64,000 nucleotides of DNA, taken from assembly GCA_028023455.1 (NCBI GenBank), contig JAQFVV010000003.1, forward strand, positions 22,692,001 to 22,756,000, given 5' to 3'. The notes beneath the pieces were generated by a model, which was not told where the DNA came from, searched no databases, and was given only the letters and a program-made list of their open reading frames with translations. Source of the DNA: Epiperipatus broadwayi (Eukaryota > Animalia > Onychophora). How positions within the stretch are numbered: the first letter of the stretch is position 1; each line of letters begins with the position of its first letter. A program made the translations under genes and the position numbers. Shown here piece by piece: positions 53,491 to 64,000 of this stretch.

Positions 53491-54789
53491 CTATGCTTCT
53501 CACTATTAAGAAAAGAAAAAACATTTAAAAATCTTACAATGTGATTAGTAAATCCACCTGCTATGTCTACAATCTGAGATTCAATTCTAGGTCAGATGAA
53601 CTTTTGATACTTTTTCAGTTCTCAGTCAGATTTAAGATTTTATTTTCAGGTAGCTGGCCCATAACCAACCCAGTCAGCCAAATAATATTGATTGACCAAT
53701 ACATATATATCTGTTCTTATTAAGAGAGGTAATGATACAATGTTAACATTGTGCAATGTGTTGTCTATAAAAAAACAAGCAATATAATCATAATAATATT
53801 TATTAATGATAGAGATACTGAGCCCATGTTGGGTTTTTTTTTCTCCCCAAAAAGCAATATTGTTTTTCTGTACATAAAATTTGAACTCAGACCAACAGCA
53901 CCACCAAAAAATTTCCTTTATAAAAAGTTAACAATTAAATATTTAAAAAATAAAATTTCCACAAAAAAAATAAACTTAATATTAAATGATTTAATTTTTT
54001 ATTACTATCTTTTTATTAATTAATTATATCTAAATGAGTTACACAAGCATGGAGGAAAAAACAAATTGTTTCAGTTCAATTTAGTACATAACCGGAAATA
54101 ATTACAAAAGCATCAATATGTATATATAATTCATTATCAAAAAAGAAAAACTGGTTTCAAAAATGAAAATGTATTACATTTTTCTTTTCTTTGTTTAAAT
54201 ATATTCAATAAAATTATTCTGCTTATGATTTTACTGTGACTTTTAACTACTATGAGTGGATTACTTAATACTTAACATGAAATACAATTCTGTAAAGACT
54301 TTTTAATGTATTAGCCTTCAAAATGAAATTAGTACATTTTAAAACATCTTAAGATAATCCGTAGTCTAGCTAGTGTCATTCAATATTTGATGGATAATGG
54401 GTTATTTAAATACAATTTTTGACTTGTGATTAAATGATCCTATTTCTTTTGAAATATATCAGAAAAGTGAAGAAAATGATTGCATAACATGTGTCATGTA
54501 TTATTCTTAGTCACGGATCCAGATAGAATTTGAAGAGAAGACAAATGAAAAACAATTCTTAATATTAATATTACTGCTTCTTAAAACTATCAGTAAAGAT
54601 CATATTTGTATAAAGATCTTCAATAATTATGGAGACTTTGTTAAGAAAGACAACATGTAGAAAAGTAATTTAATAATTGGCCAGTGAAACAAGAAAAACT
54701 AATCTACTGACATGCCAACAAGTAATATATGACTTTTTTGTCTTTTGTCAATATGGTTCTATGGTGTACTTACCAACAATAGGTTTCTA

Positions 54790-56170
54790 TGGTAGTCCTT
54801 GAGTATGCTTCTATGATATTTCTGCAATACATTTATGCAACATCTGCAGAATATTTCTGTATTATTTCTGTAATATATTTTTCCAGAATTATGCACTATT
54901 TCTTCAAAAAGTTTTTTCATACCACAATAATATACTGCACTACAATTTGCAGCATCTCTATAGACAAATTTCTATGATTGTCCTAAATATATATCTACAA
55001 TGTTTTCTTTATTTTTTTATTGCAATGTACCCCTTATTTTAATTTCACCATATTGCAAACATATTTTTCCATTACTCTATTTTTTTTACTGGATAGTGAC
55101 TGTTTTACATCCAAGTTTAACACTTTGCAAAATGATGAAATATCTCTTCAATATATAATCATCAATACAACAAGTCATATATTGCATGACTTTGCTTTTT
55201 AAACTTGTATTGCAGAAATGTAATATAAGAAATATACCAGTAACTCTAACAACTTTTATTGATAAGAGAGATTTTATAGGCTTTCTCTTCAACCCCTATC
55301 AATAAAAGCTTTTAGAGCTATTGGTACAATCCCTATATTATTCTTCAATATATTATTGCAATATCTCAATAGAATTCATTGACAATATAGCAGAAACAGA
55401 AACTTAGAGCAGGCATATTATGGAATTTTACTGCAAAGATACCAAATAATATGGGGACTCAGAACACCTCTAGCTATGTATGCATTTCATAAATAATCTT
55501 TATTCATGAGGTGATCTAGATGTATCAAACTTTTGGATCTCTATGCCAGTATTGATTGACAATTTGCTATTTTTCCATTACACTATTCTTTTGTTAGATA
55601 GAGACCATTTTATATCTACCTTTAATACTTTGGAACTGGTGAAATATCTCTTCAATATATTTTTGCAAAATGTCAACAGAATGTTTCAGCTATATCCCTA
55701 ACATATGCCTGCATTAAGTTTCTGCTATATTGACACTGCATGTTTCTGCATTTAGTAATTTTACAGTATGATAGTATCCATAGAATACATTTTTGCATTA
55801 TTCCTCAAATGTTTCCATAGCATATCTGAATTTGTCCGTTATCCTCACAGTATATTACTGGAGCATTTCTTCACTACATGTCTACAAAATCCCTGTTGTA
55901 TGTTCATATTATATCTTTATAACATTCTCTCTGGAACAACTTTGGAATATTTCAGTATATATCTGTATTGTGACTACTATTGATTCTGTGTTAGTTTTTC
56001 AATAACATTTCTGTATTACATTCCTGCCACATCTTTTTAGTAACTTTCTGCTGTATATTTGCGTGTATTTTTCTATAGTATCTCTGCAGAACATTTATGT
56101 ACAACTTGCTGAAACTCTCAATAGTATATCTACAGCACATTTCCATTCCCTAAAGTATATTTCAAAATTT
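54790..56170. repeat. Complex degenerate repeat region with direct and inverted copies
   Basis: TTTTTCCATTAC.CTAT..TGAAATATCTCTTCAATATAT at ~55065-55155 and ~55570-55660. An inverted pair at ~55375-55420 and ~55700-55740. Many CTGCA/TGCAG-centred motifs. Confidence 0.6.
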
Positions 56171-56181
56171 TGTAGTATAGT

Positions 56182-59100
56182 CAGAGATGGATCAACCCAA
56201 GTGGAGGCCCCAAGTGATACAAATTTCAGGGCCCTCAAACTCAAGTTAAAAAAAAAAAATTCAAGAAAACTCTCATTAAGTTATTATCAAAAAAGAAAAG
56301 TAATCAAAAATTTCATACCATAACACATTAAATGAATTTATTAAAAAACATATTTTTTACCTGAATTTCCATCTTGTTTTATTTCTTGCAAATTTGTAAA
56401 TTATTTTTGCAGTGTCAATTCGGCTTAAAATTTCCTGCTCTTTATACAGAGTGATCATATTATTTAATCTTTCTTCTCCCATAGTACTCAAATAATTTTT
56501 TGCCTGCTTTAAAACAGAAAACAATCTTTCTCTTGATGCATTAGATAAAGAATTGTTAAAAAAAAATTCAATAATATTTCAACATTCGGAAATGTGCAAG
56601 ACATTTCTTTGGATGTCTGGTGTGGTTTTTATGGTGTCTGCATTTTCTTTTAGAAATATTAAAAAATGGTCAAATTCATCTTCAAAATTATAAATATCAA
56701 TGTCATTTTTGTAAATATCCTTAAACTTTTTATTGCATTCTTTTTTTCTTCTACCGATAAATTCCAATCAAAAAATATTCAAAAAGGCTCTACCACAACT
56801 TCATAGTTTGAGATCTTCTAGATAGTTCTGCCTTGGTGTTATCACATATGACATAAAATGAATTGACTATGAACTTTTCTCTTATTGTAAATTCATGTCC
56901 GATTTTTTTGTTTTCATCAAATAACATTTTTCTCTTTTGTTGTCTGCAAGTTTGTCCATCTTCCACATTAAATGATAGTCCTGATAAATCAGTTGCCTCT
57001 TTTTCCACTTTTTGAAATTCTTCTTTGAAATTATTGATAAAATTTTCTAATGACTTCAGTAGGATAGATCCTTTCAATAGTTCACACTCCACTGATTGCA
57101 GGATTTACTACTAGTATTTACTTTGTAAAATAGTATTCCAAACATTGTCATTAGGGCAGTTTCATATTTGTCAATTTTCTTCAGAAGTAAAATTGCCTTC
57201 ACTGTGGTAATTTTTTTTTCTTCTTCTGAATTACAAATTTCAGCTAAAACTTCTTTTACATGGGTAAAAACAAGTTTTATAACTAATACAACATCTGACA
57301 GCATCTGCTTTTCATTGTGACGGAATGTTTACACATTTTTAGATTTCTGGTTAAAAAAATTTAGCGATGGGTTGCAGAAAAAAATGTGAATAAATTCTGC
57401 ACAAATATAAAATACTCAATTGCAGCTCTATAACTTTCTGCAGTGAAGTTTCCGATTAAATTTAAGGAATGATTAGCATATGGAATAAAAACTGCATTGG
57501 GTTATGTTCTTTAATATATGCTTGCAAACCTGAGTACTTCCCTGACATATTAGAAGCACTATCAAATGATTGTCCTTGACAGTTATTAATATTCACTCCT
57601 AATTTTATTAAAGTTTGCAAAACTTCTTGTTCCAAATATGAAGATGCATGTTTATTTATGGTAATGAATTCCACAAATCTTTCCATTATATTACCACAGG
57701 ATGAAACATATCACAAAGGTTACTTGATCGACATGGAATCAACAATTATATTATAATATGTCGCAGAGTTAATTTCTTCAATTATTTCTGCTCTTACTTG
57801 ATGTCCATTAAGTCCTACAAATTCACCACAAATAATATGAAATAAATAGTTTACATTTCCTCATCCTTGATTAGCATATTTTTGTAGATCAAAAACTCAT
57901 CATATTCACTTAGATATTCCAAGCAGGCTAAATAATTTATTTTCCTATTGGAATATTTGCTTTCATCATGACTCCTAAATCCCAATCCTAAGCGACTCAA
58001 CAATTTTATTGTTGATACAATTCTTTTCAACATTTCTCTCTGGTAATATTCTTCTTTTTGCTTTTCTTGTAATAGTTGAATATCAATTCTATTGAATTGT
58101 GTTAATCTTTTATACCCAGAACACATGGTTGACATACGTTCTTTTGAAACTTCGTGGTCCAATAAAATAACAGTTATTGATCTCCAATTTTGTAAACCAG
58201 TTATTAATTTAGACTTTATTGTTGAAAAAAGTTTGCAAGGATAGTTGCTTGTTACTAAAAATATCAGCCAATTTCTCTTTTCCATAATTCCATTTGATTT
58301 CTTTCTGTAGAAATGATCATAAGAAAGTCCTCTGTAATGTAATACACTTCATCTCTGTCTTTATACACTGATTTTAAATTTCTCTATATTTCCAATATTT
58401 TTTGGTTTGTTATAAAGAATATGATCAATAATAGAATCTGTTAATATTGTTGACCATAAAGCTTTATCATCTTTACCTTCTGCATTTTTGCAATTCTTTT
58501 TTCAGTAGCAATTTGCAATTCAGAATTATCTGATGTAGATGTTGATGGCAATTCTGTCTCTATATTAACTTTTAAAAATGTATGCAATGAATTTCTTTGG
58601 TTTTCAGCAATTTCCAGATTTTTAAAAACTTTTTTTGCTTTTCTGCCCCACTTTGATGTCTCTCTCTCTTTTTTTTTTTTTTTGCTGTGAAGAAAAAAAG
58701 TTATTTTGTTTGTAAAATAGTTTAAAAGTTTTTAGTCTAGCAAACAATGCCTACTAAAACTATTTTTTTTAAAAATGATAATGTTGTTAAGAAGTTAGTA
58801 AAGAAAATTCATTTTTACATGACCCCAATCAAAATATAATTTAGAAAAAACCCTCTGGAGATAAATCAGCTTCAGGAAAACAGCAAAATTTATTTACAAT
58901 AATTTTTCCAAAAGCAGAGTATTTAAATTTAAATCAAATTATTTTGGGAGAAGTCAAATTTTTTGTGCATTAAAAATATATATATATACTTAATTTGAGC
59001 CTATTTATGCTATACTAGTTTCACCCTCTGATGTCCAATCAAAAGTTAGAATCCAAAACTCAAATAAATTCCCTTCAAATGCTTAAATAATACTGTGTTA

Positions 59101-59224
59101 TAGGTGGGTTGATTGTATACAAAAAAAAACATAATTTTCCTCGAATCCTAATGAAAAGACATTTTAAGACATTGGAGACCCTTAGTATTCCAGGGCCCTA
59201 TGCTTACCGCTTAATCCGCCTCTG
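56182..59224 (-). mobile_element. Full-length hAT DNA transposon (Tip100/ZMYM1-like), 3043 bp
   Basis: Imperfect TIRs CAGAGATGGATCAA and CAGAGGCGGATTAA (11/14). Perfect 8-bp TSD AGTATAGT at 56174-56181 and 59225-59232. Subterminal GGGCCC motifs at both ends. Transposase remnants inside. Confidence 0.95.
56357..58660 (-). pseudogene. hAT transposase pseudogene (ZMYM1-like; DUF4371 and hATC dimerisation regions)
   Basis: Fragmented ORFs in order: N-terminal SGAEKQK, RNWLIF..YPCKLF, KRIVSTIKLLSRLGLGFRSHDE, ERFVEF..CQGQSFDSASNMSGKYSGLQAYIK, FIVNSFYVICD, YLSTMGEERLNN. Multiple frameshifts and stops. Confidence 0.9.
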
Positions 59225-62200
59225 AGTATAGTACATTTAAATTAAACACATTTAATGAGAAACTTACAAAATTAAAAATGATAATTCACAAGAAATTAAT
59301 CAATCCTTTATTTTGTAATAGTTTCTTACAATTTTTGAACGTGTGATAAAAAATGGTTCAAATTTATCATGTGAAGGCAGCTTAATGGCTTTTTTTTTTA
59401 AAGCCATTTTTTATAAGTTCAATATTTGCAATTTAAATACAGAATTCACAATTCAATATCAATGAAATCAATTCTGACATGATGATATCAAAAATCTAAA
59501 AAAAAAAAAAAAAATGAAAATGCAAAGTTAATATAAAAAACAAAGTTAATACAAAAAAAAAAAATACATAAATAAAAAGCTCTTTTTTTTTGTCTTTTAA
59601 AAAAAATGCAGTTTAAAATATTTTTAAATGATATCTGTATATACTGATTTTACACTTTTTTATAAGACTTGTTCTCTACTGCAAGTGGATAAGTATACCA
59701 ATGAGTGTCAATAATGAAATGAGTAATAATGCTTAAAATGTGTTATTCTTTATCAAAATTATTAAACAAATAATAACATAGATAAAAAAAATTGAATATA
59801 GCAAATAGAAAGGTCGTACTGGTTCAAGATTTACTCAACTTTATACATCTATAATGAGATGATAGAACATAATAAAAAGATAGCATGCAATAGTAAACTA
59901 TTACAAATAATAAATAAGTATTATCACTAAGTTATGGTATTCTGTTATCTAGTTATTTAATTTGCCTTCTGTAACAAACTTAATTTATATATATATGAAA
60001 ATAAAAGTGCGTTAAATTTCCTTAAAGACTGACATTCAAATGATGTGCTATTAAATTATAGCTGTGTTTTATTATTAATCCTGCTTTTGGTATTTTTATT
60101 TAAAAATTAAAAGCATTTGATTCTATCTTCATGATATCACAAATATATAATTATTATAACTTTTAATAATGCAACTGATTTATAGTGGGATTGTGAAACT
60201 TTTTATATAAACAAGTAAACATTATCTATTTTAATTTTTGGTTCTATTTTGAAATATGCAATTATACATGATTTTTTAAAAAGTAACTTATTTTATAGTC
60301 ACAATTCATTCAATAGAGTGCTAATTTCATGAGAGCAGTGAGATGTTTCTGATGAGGAAAAAGTCACTTTTTTTTAAATCGACATATTTTTCCTTTTAAA
60401 TAGGTTCAATGTTTAAGCAACTTGCTAATGAACAATTAGGTTGTCATTAGAGCTATCAACTGTAGCTTAACGGTAGAACAGTTAGCTGGTGAGTATTTTG
60501 ATCAATCAGGATACAGTTTTCTCAAGAATAGTTGATGTGAAAGACCTAGTCTATATCACTCAGGAATACCAATACCCTGGCTAATATATTAATAGCTGAC
60601 TAAAAGTCTGGAGCTAAAATTAACCTTCAATGGAAGAAAAACTTAAAAACCATAATAATGGATATCAGATTACTATTGTCTAATTATAATTGAATAAGAG
60701 ATCAGGATCATAAAATAATTAGCATGAATATAATGTTTTTAAGAACTTTTCTATTGTGATAGTATAAGCAAGAAGAAAGAAATTGTATCCTCTAGAAAAC
60801 ATCACATCAAGGAATAAACAAGCAGTCTCTAGTATAACCAGTACAAGGATTAATTTAAAAGTATAAAAAATAAAATGTGTATTACACTGTGAAAAGATAG
60901 GTTACAGCTTTTAAGTTCACTTTATCACCAGTCAGCTAAATTCAATATTTTCAATTATCTGAAATAAATCACTGATTCCAGACAGATAATTTAATAGTTC
61001 TGATATTGTTATATATATGTCTTAAACATCAGGGTTACAAAGACAGCATTTAGACTGTAAGCAATAATTGAAGATATAAATTGAATGATATGATACCCTT
61101 AAAGAAACAACCCTTTTTTCTTTTAAATTTATAATCTGAAATTTTCTAAAGATAAATTTATTTGTCTTTTCAGAAATACATTTAAATACTGTCCACATAA
61201 GAACTACATAAATGTATATATGTAATAATATTTCTGAAATAACCTTCATATGCAAATAGTGCAAATCCTAATTTTTTAGAGGTTATTTTAATAAACTTGC
61301 AAAAAAAAAAATATCCTCTCATATTAATCTACAAACAGACAAATATCAAGACTCTATAGGATTAATTGACTAACCGTATGTATTTTGTAAGGATGAACAT
61401 CATACAAAACACTGCCTGAGCAGCTTATAATTTCAGAATACAATGTAAATATAAAATCTATTAATGTTAACAACACATATGTATTAAATATGCAATACTG
61501 AAATATTTCTTAAATAAAGATCTTTATATGTGCTTATAAGATTGCTTTACAAGTCAAACTTTCTAAAAGTTTGCAAAAAGTTCGATTTGTAAAGAATTCT
61601 TATACTATGTGCATATAGAATTGTTACTTCAGAAATTTTATTATATATTCTCAGTGCCGCAATATTTGAGAGCCATCGTTTATTTACAGGATTATTAAAA
61701 TTAATGTAATATATACTTTATGTAATTTTTGAGTTTCTAATATTAAGTTTATACACTTGAATAACCTAGTTTTTGAACAAAATACATTATATCTAAGTCA
61801 ATGTCCAATAAATATTTAAATGCTCTTATATGAAAGATTCAATTTCATATTTTACATCTGAACGAGGGATTATCATGATTTAAAAGACATGTTAGAAAGA
61901 TTTTTAATCTCCTTAATTACTATATAAAGTATAGCATCTTTAATTATATATCTGTTTGAATATTATTATCTCTATTGTTTTAAAATATTACATGGTTAAT
62001 TTGAACATACCATATCTAAAACCATCTCTACATACTGGTTAAATTTCTTATATTAAATTCTAAGTAATTTGAAAAATCACTGCTTATAGAGCAAGATAAA
62101 AAAGCTGATTGTTGATAAAATTAAATCTATTGTGATTTGTCAGATATAAATTACACTCCTTTTAATAATGCCCATAATAATTAACAATGCATTTAGAAGA

Positions 62201-64000
62201 TATCATATCTCCATTTATAATAAAATACTATATATATATATACACACCCACACACAAATAATTTCATAAATAAAAAGTGCCAAAGGCTTTTCTAAATTTT
62301 CCATAAAGTAATAACAAGGAAAAGATCATAAGATCAATAACTGGGCAGTGCTGATTGCTATTGGTGGCTATATGTCATATTCAAAAAATGCTTACTGATG
62401 TTTCAATAATATCTCTGCTAGTTTCTTTAGAGTTGTTATTTAGATTCTAAAACAAAAACAAAGTGTAACTTTATAGCATTGAAAAAAATATTAATTTAGG
62501 CACTAAAAAGACTATTGCCACTATTGTATTCTATTCATTAGTCCTTCTTTAACTTAATTGAATCTAGCATCTCATAATTAAAGTTTTAGCATGAAATAAT
62601 AAATGCCTAACATAATGAGGATGATAAGAAAGCTGATTTCTTTTTCACAAATTTATAATACTAATGTCAATGCTCTTTCAATAATTTTTTACAATTTTCC
62701 TTATTGAATGTAACTTTTATTTTAAAGATATTTTGAAAACTTCAAATAAATCAAAGTAGCTTATTAATATAATTGAAATATCTTATTAGAGTAGAGAGGG
62801 AAAGCAATATACATATTTTCAAAACAAAAAAATTATTTGATATGCATGATTTGATGCATTGGAAGTCTGCAGATCATACTGACTCTTTCACTTTTAGCTT
62901 GAACTTTTTATGAACTTCCAAACAATGAAGTTATTTTTTTGTTTTTTAAATTAAAATCAATAAATTCCAAGGTCACTTTTAGCACTATTAATTGATGCAT
63001 CAATAAAGTATATCTTTAAAAAATGTGATATAACATATCATTAATGATAATAATAGCACTTAATCATAACTGCTCTACTACTGCTTAAACTGATATTCCT
63101 TTGAACAAAGAACTTAATATATATGGGGGAAAAAACTTATGGATTATCTTATAGAGAATCTGGTAGAAGCAGAAATATCAGAGAATTATGATCAATAGGA
63201 GTAGTGATAATCTTTGACTGGAGGATTCAGATTATAACTATGCAAATACAATAATCTTCTATAGAAATAATGCATAGCTGAAATCTATATAAAATATTTG
63301 AAAAGCACTATAGTTATATTATTCCAGCCACACTTCCTATTAAATAAAGACAAATACTATGAGGCATTTCAAATATATTTAATAATTTTCTTGTGTGTAC
63401 TATATGGACATATATATTTATAGATTCATATAGTCCCAACTAAGGATATAGTAGTTTCCCAATACTACATTATCATCCTCATTTCTAGTCTGTTGATTTA
63501 TTTGCATAATCTCCAGCTAAAAATAATCATATAATCATTTAGTGATCAATAATGATTAGCTGGACAGGTTTGATAGAAAGCTATTGAAAACAGTATGAGT
63601 TTACTTAGAAAATTAAATTTTTAATGCATATAGTAAACATAATGATACAGCCCATTAAAGTTTATGACTTAAATTCTAAAATCACAATATAAGAATTAAT
63701 TTTGATAAGGGAATAGGATAATGAGAAAATATAAGGAATAACTATTTCAAAGAATCATGAATATAATGTGGTTCCCCAAATACTGCACTACCCCAATTCT
63801 AATCTTCTGATACCCTTGCATAATACTCAACTAAAAATAGCCATTGACTAACTAATATAATATGTACTATACTCATTTATAAACGTGTGTTGGTAGATAT
63901 AAATTATATAATACAAAATTAATAGTATAATATTATTAAAATTAATGAACAATTAATTTTTTGTTTCATTATTCATTTATTTATTTTGTTATATAAATTT

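Noticed and set aside
60404-60488. Plus-strand exon between TTTTAAATAG and GTGAGT, overlapping an A-box-like GTAGCTTAACGGTAGA
   Set aside because: Stops occur in all three frames from the main acceptor and there is no B box. Neither the coding-exon nor the tRNA reading is supported.
9745-61264. Remaining 60-90-aa ORFs from the six-frame track
   Set aside because: Low-complexity I/L/F/Y/K/N-rich translations, often with non-ATG starts, or antisense shadows of TE fragments. Expected by chance in AT-rich DNA.

Overview
This is a very AT-rich (roughly three-quarters A+T by eye), repeat-dense stretch of an animal genome, intronic or intergenic in character. I found no intact protein-coding gene I can name. 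CpG is strongly depleted over most of the window, except for a CpG-rich, promoter-like domain at about 33.9-36.2 kb. That pattern fits an invertebrate with DNA methylation; the taxon cannot be fixed from sequence alone. Recognisable content is mostly transposon-derived. (1) About a dozen decayed non-LTR retrotransposon fragments, mainly RTE clade; one retains its 5' end with a candidate self-cleaving ribozyme relic. (2) A full-length 3.04-kb hAT (Tip100/ZMYM1-like) DNA transposon with TIRs, a perfect 8-bp TSD and a broken transposase. (3) At least six unrelated palindromic or MITE-like elements, including a foldback element with ~420-bp arms and a LINE 3' end in its loop. (4) A 178-180-bp tandem repeat. 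(5) A ~115-bp tRNA-Gly-derived retroposed element with poly(A) and a 12-bp TSD. All motif matches were made by eye, no database search was run, and TE fragment boundaries are approximate.
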